NCBI GenBank assembly: GCA_965112635.1 | Contig: OZ218778.1 | Span: 1,344,001-1,408,000, forward strand | Source of the DNA: an uncultured bacterium | GTDB lineage: Bacteria > Oederibacteriota > Oederibacteriia > Oederibacteriales > Oederibacteriaceae | Length of the DNA stretch: 64,000 bases | Direction: 5' to 3' | Shown: positions 37,301 through 49,316 of the stretch, piece after piece | Layout: each line of letters begins with the position of its first letter | Numbering within the stretch: position 1 is the first letter of the stretch | The notes under the pieces: generated by a model | Told to the model about the DNA's origin: nothing | Databases searched by the model: none | What the model saw: only the letters and a program-made list of their open reading frames with translations | Program-made: the position numbers and the translations under genes

Positions 37301-37494
37301 CGGGGGCAGAGAGCCGGATACCGATGGCTATTGCCGTCATCGGCGGAGTCATCTTTTCTACCCTGCTGACTTTATATGTGGTGCCCTGTTTCTACAGTGT
37401 GATGTCACGTTTTGAGAAGCGCAGGGAATATGAAAATTTTCTGGCAGAAGCGGTCAGGGAAGAAACAAAGCTCATGGAAGAGAGCCGGAAGTAG
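34348..37494 (+). CDS. RND efflux permease (AcrB/AcrD/AcrF family)
   Basis: IVVDDAIMVLENI, GIVKKNSILLVD and RLRPILMTS proton-relay motifs; 1048 aa. Confidence 0.96.
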   Translation: MILSDLSIKKPVFAWMLMAGLIVFGGIAFMRMGISQLPDVDYPVVSVNIRLEGAAPEVIETSVVDFVEDAVMSIASVRSVTSESEDSEGTVTIEFELDRNIDLAVQDVQAKVDSILQKLPREITAPTIRKSNPEDQPIMLLTLESDKYPLKDLMTYVNDRIKDQFSTVAGVGDITLGGYRDPNMRIWVDDKKLNHYSLAVDDVINTIQNEHLESPAGQLVNGKLQLNVRTMGEVATPQEFSDLIINQRGGQPNYLRLRLGQVCRVEEGMADALRVSRAMGTPCVSLNILKQRGSNAVAVAKAVRAKVSQIQKGLPEGMKLEINFDSTRYIEQAVRELNFTLILSALLTALVCWMFLGSWSSTLNVLLAIPTSVVGSFIVLYFAGFTLNTFTLLGLSLSIGIVVDDAIMVLENIIRHQERGKSRILAALVGSREITFAAMAATISIVAIFLPVAFMSGVIGKFFFQFGVTITVAVLLSLLEALTLTPMRCSQFVEAGERKTRLGRLMEMIMGTTTRVYTRTLGSALNHRRTVIIGALIIFALSFSALWRLNKEFIPPEDQSRFNIRLYTPVGSALSYSDLKFSEVEKFLASRPEVDRYVLQVGGGSPGDSNSGSVLVTMKDRGKRGVDPSSGHELSQQELMDVCRKNIKKIPDVRVVIQDLSTKAFTASRGFPVEFLIQGPDWGKLADYSQKMMDELAKTGLVTDLDTNYSLGQPELHVVPDRQKAAARGVSIASIAETVNAMIGGVQIGTYQKGGHRYDVRVKLEESQENPLAKIKSLFVRNNRGELIRLSELVSMEEKKAMVSIWRSNRERSISVYANVKAGESQQKALQSVQDIAKFILPPDYHITLTGSSQTFYESLQSLIWVLILGIFVAYMVLASQFNSFIDPLSVLMALPFSVSGALVALYVFHRSVNIYSVIGLILLMGIVKKNSILLVDFTNQVRAKGEPSVRKALLTACPIRLRPILMTSVATVAGAVPSALALGPGAESRIPMAIAVIGGVIFSTLLTLYVVPCFYSVMSRFEKRREYENFLAEAVREETKLMEESRK

Positions 37495-37553
37495 AAGTGG
37501 CGCGGCCAAGGCGGCTGTCTGTGGAAAACACTCATGGAGGAGGGGGTCCACCA

Positions 37554-38501
37554 ATGAAGATTAAAAACATTTTAGTCACCGGCGCCAGCGGCAAAATAGG
37601 CCGCAACCTTATTCTCAGCCTGGTCCAGGCCGGCTACCGGGTCAGGGCAGTGCAGTTCAGGACACCCCTGCATTTCAAAAAAGTTGAGGTGTTCAAAGGC
37701 AGGGTCGAGGATGAGGCGTTCATCAAAAAAGCCGCAAAAAATATGGACGCCATCTGCCATCTGGCCTCCTGCAAGGAAGACAGGGAGCATTTTATTGAGG
37801 TCAGTTTGCGGGGGACTTTCAATCTTTTAGAAGCCTGCCGGAACAATCCCATCCAGCAGTTCATTCTGGCCGGAGGAGACGCCAGCCTGGGTATTTATTA
37901 TTATCCCCATCCCAGACCCCTGGACGAGCAAGCACCTCTGGCCGCTTATCCCGGATATTATGCTTTTTCCAAAGCTATGGAAGAAACCATGTGCCGCCAG
38001 TATGAGATCCAATATCATGTAGCCGTTACCATCCTGCGTTTTTCGTGGATATTGGAAAAGGATGAATTCTTACGGCATCTTTCCGTCCAGGAACACTGCG
38101 GAGTTCCCCATTGGAGGTCTTTAGCCAAAACCCCAGCCCAAAAATCGTTCCTGGCCTCCGGCAAACCCGGGGTAGCCTGCCTGATGCACCCCAGCGGCAA
38201 GCCATATCTCAGGCATGTGGTGGACATCCATGACGTGGTGCAATCTTTTTTGCTGGCCCTGGGAAACCGAAAAGCGCTTGGACAGACCTTTAATATCGCC
38301 GCGCCAAAACCTTTTGCCTACGACCAGGCTGCCGAATATATTTCTAAAAAATTGGGTTGGCCAGTCGTGAAATTCACCCAAGGAACCTACCATGACTTTT
38401 GCATCAACATAAACAAGGCCAAAAGGGTCCTGGGTTATAATCCGCAATACGATTTTCGCAGGATGTTGGACGAAGCCATGGAATTCCGAACAAAAGGATG
38501 A
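37554..38501 (+). CDS. NAD-dependent epimerase/dehydratase (extended SDR)
   Basis: VTGASGKIG and YAFSK motifs; ATG at 37554 after GGAGGAGG. Confidence 0.88.
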   Translation: MKIKNILVTGASGKIGRNLILSLVQAGYRVRAVQFRTPLHFKKVEVFKGRVEDEAFIKKAAKNMDAICHLASCKEDREHFIEVSLRGTFNLLEACRNNPIQQFILAGGDASLGIYYYPHPRPLDEQAPLAAYPGYYAFSKAMEETMCRQYEIQYHVAVTILRFSWILEKDEFLRHLSVQEHCGVPHWRSLAKTPAQKSFLASGKPGVACLMHPSGKPYLRHVVDIHDVVQSFLLALGNRKALGQTFNIAAPKPFAYDQAAEYISKKLGWPVVKFTQGTYHDFCININKAKRVLGYNPQYDFRRMLDEAMEFRTKG

Positions 38502-38669
38502 AGGTTACCCTAGGCTTATGCAAAAGCGGATGGGGTAGGAGAAGAGCAGCAGAAAACCGGACGGGGGGCGACTATTATTATCCGTCCAAGATCCTTTTAG
38601 CGGACACCATCAAACAAACCGGGCAGGTCCCGCCTGTGCCTTAAAAAGTTACTAGGCGAAAGAGAAAAA

Positions 38670-41510
38670 ATGAGGAACGGGTCTGATATTTTAAAAGGTG
38701 AAAACAACATCCCCAGGGAAAGCGCGAAGGTTTGGACCGTTTTCATGCTTTATTCAATACTGGTCCTGGGCTATTTCAGCTATTCAATTTTTCACGGCCT
38801 GGTCCTGGCCCCGGGTGACGCGGTTGATTACTACTATCCGCCCAGGATATTTTTATCCGATACCATCAAGGACTCGGGAACCTTTCCTTCATGGAACCCC
38901 TATATATTCAGCGGATGCCCAACCCTGGGAGACCCTATCCTGACCCATTTTTATCCCTTTTCCATTATTTTTATCTTTCTTTCCTATCCCGTGGCCATGA
39001 ATACCGCGATCATTCTGCACTATGTTTTATGCGCGTTTTTTACTTTTCTTTATTGCCGGGCTATCCGGTGCACGGTCTTCGCTTCTTTTTTCGCAGGGCT
39101 GGCTTTCGGCCTGGGCGGATTTATGACAGCCCGAATTTACTATCCCAACCTTATCCAGGCCTGCACCTGGTTCCCCCTACTGTTATTTTTGCTGGAAAAA
39201 ATGATATCGGAAAAACGAGCGGTATATTTCGGCCTTGGCGCGGCCGTATTAGGATTGTTCCTCCTGTCTTCTTTTTTGCAGATATTTACCTACGGAACAC
39301 TGTTTTTGATCTTTTATTTTATTTTTTTCCGCCGACCCCGGGAGCTGTGGTCCCGAGAACAGAGAAGAGGGTCCCTTAGTTTATTAGGAGGTTTTTTAAT
39401 CGGCATCTTACTCTGCGCGGTGTGGCTGGTGCCCCTTTATGAATATCTTTTCAGCCAGGAGGTGAGAAAAAACATTGATTACGCTTATTTTACCTATTTT
39501 AGTTTTGCTCCCCAACAGCTTTTGACCCTCATCTTCCCGTATTTGTTCGGGGCTTACGGACCCAACCCCCTTTATAAAGAATTGTTCAGCGGTTCCCATA
39601 CCAGTTTCGTGGAAACGGCCTGTTACGCGGGCTGGCTGCCGCTCATCCTGGGAACGGTAGCCATGACCTATTGGAGGAAGAACAGACGAGCCGTGTTTTG
39701 GACCCTGGCCCTGCTGGGGGTTCTCCTTCTGGCTTTCGGAAAATACGATCCCCTGACCAAGGTTCTTTACCATATTCCCATTTATAACCGTTTCAGAGCC
39801 CCAGGAAGATGGCTTTTCATTTTCAGTTTTGCTTTGGCGGTACTTTCGGCCCTGGGGCTGACCCGTTTAAAGACCGATCCCGGCTGCAGTCGCCGTGTCC
39901 GGATCGCGGCTGGTTCGCTGGTCTTACTGACAACCGCAGCGGTAGTGGTCATGGAGGCGGGATGGGCCAAGGCGGGGAGATGGAGCCAGCCGGCTATTCT
40001 CATTCCTGTGGTCATGGCGGTTATCAGTGGAGGAGGACTATGGCTGTATCTTAAATCCGACCATTTTTTCTCCAAGATCGTTCTTATCCTGATCCTTTTT
40101 CTTGACCTCAACCTTTACGGACAGTTCCATGGCTGGCAGTCCATGAGTCCCGATAAATATTTCATCAACCAAGTCAGGCTGGAAGGAAGGACCCTGGTCC
40201 AACGGATCTGCAAACAAGACCCCCGGAGTCCCGGGGAGTTCCGGATGTTCAGCCCCAATTTTTTACAGGAAAATTACGGGTTCGTCAGCCGTATTGAAAG
40301 CGTCAATGGTTACGGGGCGCCCCTTTCGCGTTACTCTAAAATTAACCCAGACCTGGTCTACCATTTCTACAACCAATATTACTCCAGCCTTTTGCTGGAC
40401 TTTCCATGGATCTTGGACATGTTGAACTGCCGGTATATGGTCAGCCGGACGGAAGGGCAAAGGATACAAGAAGGGAATTTTCAGTTCGCTGAATGGGAGC
40501 TACCGTGGGTGCTGGGAGATGACAAGAAAGAATTCTTCGTGGACCTTGGTAAAAGCACGGCTGCCAACCATCTGGGAATCGTCTCCTCCATGCTGCAATC
40601 CACTTCACTTCAGGACGGAACCCCGGTGGCCGGGATCACATTGGTCACGGAAAAGGGAGAGGTTGTTTATAAAGAGCTTGTCGCTGGCCGGGATACCTCG
40701 GAATTCGCCTATCAAGAAAAGGCCCAGGAAGGATTTGTCAGGCACCGCCAGGCCCGTATCGTAAGCACCCAAGCGACTGCCGAGAGCAGGGGAAATTATT
40801 ATTTTACTGACTTGTCCTGGGGCGCCGGGAAAAAGATCAAAAGCCTTTCCGGCCGTCTCCTGGTCCCGGGAATCTATTTGAAGATCGAGGGTATGAGCCT
40901 TCTGGACAGCAGTACAGGCCGGTCCAGCCCGGTCCCTTGCGGACTGTTGACCCTGGACAAAAATCGGTGGAAACCCCTGGGCCGGTTTTACCAGGCTGAA
41001 GTTTATCAAAACAAGAAAGCCCTTGCCAGGGCCTGGCTGGTGAGCGAGGTCAGGTCTTTGCCGGAACCCGCCCTTTATCACACCCTGCGCACAGGGCGCC
41101 TTCCGGAGGGAGGATCTTTTGAGCCAGGGCGGACGGCCCTGGTCGAACAGGGAGGCAATCAGGTCTGGAAAAAAGACCCCCAGGCCGGAATAAAGATGCA
41201 GTCGTATCATCCTGATGACATAGAAATGGAGGCGTATTCCCGGGCTCCCAGTTTTTTGGTCCTCAGCGAAATATATTATCCAGGCTGGAAAGCTTTTCTG
41301 GACGGACAGGAGACCAAAATCATTCCCACAGATTATCTTCTGAGAGGGTTGCCGCTTCCAGCCGGCTCACACCGGGTGAAGTTCATCTACCGTCCTTTTT
41401 CCTTGATCCTAGGTATCGTAGTGTCAGCCCTGACCCTAATTTTATTGGGAATCCTGGCCGTCCTGATCCGTATAAAAGTTTTGAAACATGATCTTCCCAG
41501 GGTGCCGTAA
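38670..41510 (+). CDS. YfhO-family GT-C-like membrane protein
   Basis: GDAVDYYYP, PSWNPYIFSG, FRAPGRW, LVLSEIYYPGWKA and YRPFSL motifs; polytopic. Confidence 0.85.
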   Translation: MRNGSDILKGENNIPRESAKVWTVFMLYSILVLGYFSYSIFHGLVLAPGDAVDYYYPPRIFLSDTIKDSGTFPSWNPYIFSGCPTLGDPILTHFYPFSIIFIFLSYPVAMNTAIILHYVLCAFFTFLYCRAIRCTVFASFFAGLAFGLGGFMTARIYYPNLIQACTWFPLLLFLLEKMISEKRAVYFGLGAAVLGLFLLSSFLQIFTYGTLFLIFYFIFFRRPRELWSREQRRGSLSLLGGFLIGILLCAVWLVPLYEYLFSQEVRKNIDYAYFTYFSFAPQQLLTLIFPYLFGAYGPNPLYKELFSGSHTSFVETACYAGWLPLILGTVAMTYWRKNRRAVFWTLALLGVLLLAFGKYDPLTKVLYHIPIYNRFRAPGRWLFIFSFALAVLSALGLTRLKTDPGCSRRVRIAAGSLVLLTTAAVVVMEAGWAKAGRWSQPAILIPVVMAVISGGGLWLYLKSDHFFSKIVLILILFLDLNLYGQFHGWQSMSPDKYFINQVRLEGRTLVQRICKQDPRSPGEFRMFSPNFLQENYGFVSRIESVNGYGAPLSRYSKINPDLVYHFYNQYYSSLLLDFPWILDMLNCRYMVSRTEGQRIQEGNFQFAEWELPWVLGDDKKEFFVDLGKSTAANHLGIVSSMLQSTSLQDGTPVAGITLVTEKGEVVYKELVAGRDTSEFAYQEKAQEGFVRHRQARIVSTQATAESRGNYYFTDLSWGAGKKIKSLSGRLLVPGIYLKIEGMSLLDSSTGRSSPVPCGLLTLDKNRWKPLGRFYQAEVYQNKKALARAWLVSEVRSLPEPALYHTLRTGRLPEGGSFEPGRTALVEQGGNQVWKKDPQAGIKMQSYHPDDIEMEAYSRAPSFLVLSEIYYPGWKAFLDGQETKIIPTDYLLRGLPLPAGSHRVKFIYRPFSLILGIVVSALTLILLGILAVLIRIKVLKHDLPRVP

Positions 41511-41640
41511 CTAGGAACTTTTTTTTGCTTTTTTTGTGCGCGCACGTTGGAAAATAGCAATTTGTATTATTAGACTTTGACTAAGGAAGATAGATAGGCT
41601 AAAGTTTTACTGTTTATTTATTAAAGAAAATGGAGCGGAC

Positions 41641-43116
41641 ATGACAGATATCGCGGACTTGATGGGACAGCGCCGGCAAAAGGCGCAGGAACTCAAGGAC
41701 AAAGGCGTTAATCCTTACCCTTACCGTTTTGAGCCAACCCACCATGCCAAGGACATACTGGACAAGTACTCTTCCCTGGAAACAGGCGCCAAAAGCGGGG
41801 TCAAGGCCAAGGTCGCCGGAAGGGTCATGACCGTCCGGGACCACGGCAAGTCCGGTTTCGCCCATATCCAGGACGCGACCGGCAAGATACAGGTCTATTT
41901 CAAGCAGAGCGACATGCCGGCCGAGGAATATTTCGTTTACCAAAAGCTGGACCTGGGAGATTTCGCGGGGGTGGAAGGGGAGATCTTTAAAACCCGGACC
42001 GGCGAAGTCACCCTCCACGCCACCCACCTGACCCTTTTGTGCAAGGCCCTAAGACCCCAGCCGGAAAAATGGCACGGTCTGCATGACGTGGAGCTGCGCT
42101 ACCGCCAGAGGTATTTGGACCTGGTGGTCAACGAGCCGGCCAGGGACACCTTTGTCCTGCGGAGCAAGGCCGTCAAAATGATACGGGAGTTCCTGGACAG
42201 CAGAGGTTATCTCGAGGTGGAGACACCCATGATGCAGTCCATCCCAGGAGGCGCCGCGGCGCGGCCTTTCATCACACACCATAACGCCTTGGGGATAGAC
42301 CTGTACCTGCGGGTGGCCCCGGAACTTTATTTGAAAAGGCTGCTGGTGGGCGGGCTGGAAAGGGTTTATGAGATCAACCGCAATTTCAGGAACGAAGGTA
42401 TTTCCATCAAGCATAATCCCGAGTTCACCATGCTGGAACTTTACCAGGCCTACGCCGATTATCAGGACATGATGGCTATCACTGAGGAGATGGTCTGCAC
42501 CCTGATGCTAAGCCTAAGAGGTTCACTTAAGGTCACCTACCAGGGGCAGGCGGTCGATTTTACCCGTCCCTGGAAAAGGGTTTCCGTGACCGACGCGGTC
42601 AAGGAATGCACTGGATTGGACGTGGAAAAAGTCCCGGAAAAGGAGCTCGCCAAAATGATCAAAGGCTACGGCCTGGAGATCAAGGGCTCCCCGAGCCGGA
42701 ACGAGATGATCTTCATGATATTCGAGGAAAAAGTGGAGTCCACGCTGATCCAGCCGACTTTTGTGGTGGACTACCCGATCGAGGTGTCACCTCTAGCCAA
42801 AAGCAGCCGTAATAAACCCGGATTTACCGAGCGTTTTGAGCCAATCGTGTGCGGCAGGGAACTGGGTAACGGGTTTTCCGAGCTCAATGACCCCGACGAC
42901 CAGCGCCGGAGATTTGAAATGCAGCTCAAGGCCAGGGAATCCGGCGACGAGGAGGCTCAGCGCATGGACGAGGAGTTTCTCAAGGCCCTGGAATACGGCA
43001 TGCCGCCAGCCGGGGGCCTTGGTATAGGCATCGACCGGCTCATCATGTTATTGACCGACCAGCCTTCCATCCGGGAAGTGATCTTTTTCCCCCAGCTCAA
43101 GCCCCAGGCAGATTAA
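41641..43116 (+). CDS. lysS: Lysine--tRNA ligase (class II)
   Basis: [30 protein letters not shown] and GLGIGIDRL motifs. Confidence 0.98.
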   Translation: MTDIADLMGQRRQKAQELKDKGVNPYPYRFEPTHHAKDILDKYSSLETGAKSGVKAKVAGRVMTVRDHGKSGFAHIQDATGKIQVYFKQSDMPAEEYFVYQKLDLGDFAGVEGEIFKTRTGEVTLHATHLTLLCKALRPQPEKWHGLHDVELRYRQRYLDLVVNEPARDTFVLRSKAVKMIREFLDSRGYLEVETPMMQSIPGGAAARPFITHHNALGIDLYLRVAPELYLKRLLVGGLERVYEINRNFRNEGISIKHNPEFTMLELYQAYADYQDMMAITEEMVCTLMLSLRGSLKVTYQGQAVDFTRPWKRVSVTDAVKECTGLDVEKVPEKELAKMIKGYGLEIKGSPSRNEMIFMIFEEKVESTLIQPTFVVDYPIEVSPLAKSSRNKPGFTERFEPIVCGRELGNGFSELNDPDDQRRRFEMQLKARESGDEEAQRMDEEFLKALEYGMPPAGGLGIGIDRLIMLLTDQPSIREVIFFPQLKPQAD

Positions 43117-43119
43117 ACC

Positions 43120-44343
43120 ATGCTCCCTTTTCCCATTTTTGTCAGCCTCCGATATTTAAGGGCCAAACGAAAGCAGTTTTTCATCTCCATCATCACCGTC
43201 ATCTCCATCGCCGGGGTGACCCTGGGCGTGGCTAGCCTGATGGTGGTGCTGTCCGTGATGAACGGGTTTGACCGGGACCTCAAAAACAAGATCTTGGGGA
43301 CCCGTTCCCATCTCCATATCGGGGCTTACAGCGGCGGGATTAGTCAGGTCGACCAGGTTTTACAGACCATCGGCCAGGAGCCCGGCGTTGTGGCGGCCTC
43401 GCCCTATGTCACGGAGCAGGCCATGCTGCGCAGCAAATACGGGGCCTCCGGGGCAGTGGTGACGGGGCTGGATTTCCAAAAATTCGCCAAGATCACCGAC
43501 ATCCCCAAGATGATCACCCTGGGAAAACGGAACGTGAGCGACGCCGACGGCAAAGATTGCCTGGTCCTGGGCGTGGACCTGGCGGCGAGGCTGGGGGTCA
43601 GCTTGGGCGACCCAATCACCCTGATCACGCCGCATTTCATCGACACGGCCAGCGGGCCGATGCCGCGCATGGCGGTCTTTAAGGTTGCCGCCATCTTTGA
43701 CGCGGGGATGTACGAATACAACTCCACTTTCGTCTATTTGCCCCTGGGGGCCATGCAAAAGGTCATGCAGCTTGGGCAAAAAGTCCAGGGGATCGAGATC
43801 AAGGTGGAGGATGTTTACAAAGCCAAAGAGATCGGCAGCAAACTGATCGCCAAACTGGGGACCTCTTACTGGTACCAGGACTGGATGTCCATTAATCGCA
43901 ACATTTTTTCGGCCCTCGCGCTGGAAAAGGTCGTGATGTTCCTGATCATGACCATCATCATCCTCGTGGCTGCCTTCAATATCCTGAGCTCGCTGGTCAT
44001 GGTGGTCATGGAAAAGACCAAGGAGATAGGCATCCTTAAGGCCCTGGGCGCGACCCACCGCCAGGTCATGGGGATCTTCATTTTCAACGGGTCCGTGATC
44101 GGGGCCGCCGGGACGCTGCTGGGAGTGATTTTGGGCAGCGGCCTGTGCTGGGCCCTGGACAAATACCAGTTCATCAAATTGCCGGGGGATGTCTACTACC
44201 TGACCACCCTGCCCGTCTATATGAAATGGGAGGACACCCTGGTCATCATCCTCTCTGCCCTGGTCCTGAGCTTTGTAGCCACCATTTATCCGGCCTGGCA
44301 GGCGTCCCGGCTGGACCCTGTGGAGGCGATCCGCTATGAATAA
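43120..44343 (+). CDS. Lipoprotein-releasing ABC permease (single LolC/E-type)
   Basis: VLSVMNGF, VAAFNI, KEIGILKALGA and YPAWQASRLDPVEAIRYE motifs. Confidence 0.92.
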   Translation: MLPFPIFVSLRYLRAKRKQFFISIITVISIAGVTLGVASLMVVLSVMNGFDRDLKNKILGTRSHLHIGAYSGGISQVDQVLQTIGQEPGVVAASPYVTEQAMLRSKYGASGAVVTGLDFQKFAKITDIPKMITLGKRNVSDADGKDCLVLGVDLAARLGVSLGDPITLITPHFIDTASGPMPRMAVFKVAAIFDAGMYEYNSTFVYLPLGAMQKVMQLGQKVQGIEIKVEDVYKAKEIGSKLIAKLGTSYWYQDWMSINRNIFSALALEKVVMFLIMTIIILVAAFNILSSLVMVVMEKTKEIGILKALGATHRQVMGIFIFNGSVIGAAGTLLGVILGSGLCWALDKYQFIKLPGDVYYLTTLPVYMKWEDTLVIILSALVLSFVATIYPAWQASRLDPVEAIRYE

Positions 44344-45016
44344 CCATTTTCTGATCAGCGCCAAGGGGATGGACAAGTCCTTTATCCGGTTCAAGCAGGT
44401 GTGCCCGGTCCTGACCGGGATCGACTTGAACGTCAAACAGGGCGAATTCCTGGCGGTGGTCGGCCCTTCGGGTGCGGGGAAGAGCACCCTCCTCAATGTG
44501 CTGGGAACCCTGGCCATCCCTACGGCCGGCCAAGTCCTCTGGGAAGGCCAGAAGGTTTTTGAGCTGTCGAGCGACGACCTGGCCCTTTGGCGCAACCGCA
44601 AGATCGGTTTCGTATTCCAGTTCCACCACCTGCTCCCGGAATTCACAGCTATGGAAAACGTGCTGATGCCCAGCCTGATCTGTCCGGTAAGTCCGGAAAG
44701 CGTGCTGCAAGACAAGGCCGCCGGCCTTTTGAAAAAGGTGGGACTGGGACACCGGTTGAATTACCGGCCCATCGAATTGTCCGGCGGGGAACAGCAAAGG
44801 GTGGCCATCGCCAGGGCCCTGATGAACGACCCTCTGGCCCTGCTGGCGGACGAACCGACCGGCAACCTGGACCGCCATACCGCAGAAGAAGTTTTTGAAC
44901 TCATCGAAGAATTGCATCGTGAAAAGGGGCTTACCGTCATGTTGGTTACCCACCAAGAATCTTTTGCCAAAAAGGCCCAAAGAATGGTATATATGGAGGA
45001 CGGAAAAATAGTTTAA
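44336..45016 (+). CDS. lolD: Lipoprotein-releasing ABC ATPase
   Basis: GPSGAGKST, GFVFQFHHLLPEF, LSGGEQQR and DEPTGNLD motifs. Confidence 0.92.
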   Translation: MNNHFLISAKGMDKSFIRFKQVCPVLTGIDLNVKQGEFLAVVGPSGAGKSTLLNVLGTLAIPTAGQVLWEGQKVFELSSDDLALWRNRKIGFVFQFHHLLPEFTAMENVLMPSLICPVSPESVLQDKAAGLLKKVGLGHRLNYRPIELSGGEQQRVAIARALMNDPLALLADEPTGNLDRHTAEEVFELIEELHREKGLTVMLVTHQESFAKKAQRMVYMEDGKIV

Positions 45017-45028
45017 CGGGAGGATTCG

Positions 45029-45898
45029 GTGGGCCTTAAGGTCAATCTGAACGGCAAACTGGTGGATAAATCCAAGGCGGTTTTACCTGTTTTTGACCAT
45101 GCCGTGCTTTACGGGGACGGCGTGTTCGAGGGGATCCGCGCTTATAACGGCAAGGTTTTCAAGCTGGACGAGCACATCAAGCGATTGTACGATTCAGCCA
45201 GCGTGTTGATGCTGAAGCCCACTCTTTCACCGAAACAATTCAAACAGGAAATCCTCAGGACCCTGCGCGCTAATAAAATGAGGAACGCCTATATCCGGCC
45301 GGTCATCACCCGAGGCGCGGGAGACCTCGGGCTTAACCCCAAGAACTGCCCCAGGTCTTTTTACTTCATCATCACCGACAAGCTGACCCTGTATCCCAAA
45401 GAGTTCTATAACAAGGGTCTGGCGGTGGTCACGGTCCCGACCCGCGTGGCCCCGGCCAAAGAACCCAGGGCCAAATCGTGCAACTATCTGAACAATATAT
45501 TCGCCAAGATCGAAGCGAATAACGCCGGTGTCTTGGAGGCCATCATGCTCACCGACCAGGGTTATGTCGGGGAGTGCACAGGGGACAATATCTTTTTTGT
45601 CAAAAACGGTAAACTGGTCACCCCTCCGCTTTATTTGGGTATTTTGGAGGGGATCACGCGGGACACCGTCATGGAGCTAGCCACTTTGAGCGGAATGAAA
45701 GTAAAGGAAGTGCCTTTTACCAGGTACGATCTCTATACGGCTGATGAATGTTTTATGACCGGAACCGGCGCAGAGATCATCCCAGTGGTCAAAGTGGATG
45801 ACCGGACGGTCGGTAGCGGCAAACCTGGTCCGTGGACCAAGATGCTTATTAAAGATTACGCCGAGTTGACCAGGACCACCGGAATCCCGATTTACTGA
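45029..45898 (+). CDS. ilvE: Branched-chain amino acid aminotransferase
   Basis: YGDGVFEGIRAY, KSCNYLNN, LEGITR and TGTGAEI motifs. Confidence 0.94.
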   Translation: MGLKVNLNGKLVDKSKAVLPVFDHAVLYGDGVFEGIRAYNGKVFKLDEHIKRLYDSASVLMLKPTLSPKQFKQEILRTLRANKMRNAYIRPVITRGAGDLGLNPKNCPRSFYFIITDKLTLYPKEFYNKGLAVVTVPTRVAPAKEPRAKSCNYLNNIFAKIEANNAGVLEAIMLTDQGYVGECTGDNIFFVKNGKLVTPPLYLGILEGITRDTVMELATLSGMKVKEVPFTRYDLYTADECFMTGTGAEIIPVVKVDDRTVGSGKPGPWTKMLIKDYAELTRTTGIPIY

Positions 45899-45918
45899 GC
45901 CTACCTTAGGAGAAGCCT

Positions 45919-46545
45919 GTGCAGGAAGCTGGTTTTGTAAAAAGATACTGCCATTACAGATTGCTTGTTTTTGAAAGGCGGGAACACCTCGTTATTGCCC
46001 ATAAGCTGGGTTTGGTCCTGACCATGGCCTGTTTGACCGGTGTGTTGGCCCAGGTGAGGTTTGTACTGCCCTGGACGCCGGTGCCTTTGACCGGCCAGAC
46101 CTATGCCGCCCTGATCGCAGGGGTTCTATTGGGCCGTAGATGGGGAGGTCTCAGCCTTGCCTTGTATGTCTTGCTGGGCATGATGGGGATGCCCTGGTTC
46201 AACGGCGCTCAAGGCGGGCTGGCGGTGGTTTTGGGTCCCACGGGAGGATACTTATTGGGTTTTGTTCTGTCGGCCTTTGTGATAGGCAGCTTGGTTGACC
46301 ATCATGCCAAGATGCGTGGTTTTCTTCCCATGCTGGCGATCATGACGCTGGCTAATTTTATCCTTATTTACGGACTCGGCCTGCTTCAGCTGGGATTGTG
46401 GTCAGGGATGGTCAAAGGTTCGGCCTTTTCCCTGCGCCAACTCCTATGGATGGGAGCTGTTCCCTTTGTTCCCGGCGACCTTTGCAAGATCGTTCTGGCA
46501 GCCGCCACAGCCGGGTTGGTCACCCCCAAAGAAAAATATCTTTAG
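45919..46545 (+). CDS. bioY: Biotin transporter S component
   Basis: PWTPVPLTGQT, GPTGGYLLGF and PFVPGDLCK motifs. Confidence 0.93.
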   Translation: MQEAGFVKRYCHYRLLVFERREHLVIAHKLGLVLTMACLTGVLAQVRFVLPWTPVPLTGQTYAALIAGVLLGRRWGGLSLALYVLLGMMGMPWFNGAQGGLAVVLGPTGGYLLGFVLSAFVIGSLVDHHAKMRGFLPMLAIMTLANFILIYGLGLLQLGLWSGMVKGSAFSLRQLLWMGAVPFVPGDLCKIVLAAATAGLVTPKEKYL

Positions 46546-46630
46546 GCTGTTCATCCAGCTAGAAATCATTTGGTTTCCCTTGCCGATAGCAGCTTTACTA
46601 AACCGTTGTTAAAAACGCCTGTTTTCATAT

Positions 46631-46662
46631 TATAATAAAGAGAGGAGAGGAATATCCTCTCC
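46631..46662 (+). promoter_or_regulatory. -10 box and leader hairpin upstream of clpC
   Basis: TATAAT at 46631-46636; GGAGAGGA/TCCTCTCC inverted repeat at 46644-46662. Confidence 0.4.
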
Positions 46663-46696
46663 CCGATCGTTGAAAATGGACGGGAAAGAGAAAACT

Positions 46697-49183
<2,487 letters not shown>

Positions 49184-49226
49184 ACGGCTAATTTATGACA
49201 AAAACAGGTTGAAGCAAGCGCCTATG

Positions 49227-49270
49227 AAGAGACGTTGTTCCTGGAGTTAAAAGGAAGCGTCTCTTTTTTT
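49227..49270 (+). terminator. Intrinsic terminator after clpC
   Basis: AAGAGACGT..TTCCT/AGGAA-GCGTCTCTT stem followed by a T run. Confidence 0.75.
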
Positions 49271-49316
49271 GTGGGTTATAATTGAAGACATCTATGGGTC
49301 AAAGGAAATCCGGCTG

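Noticed and set aside
41514-41545. Second GGAACTT (ECF-like -35) upstream of lysS
   Set aside because: There is no matching TCTRA/GTC -10 element at the correct spacing.
43360-44980. 451-aa and 244-aa antisense ORFs
   Set aside because: They are shadows of the lolC/E and lolD genes.
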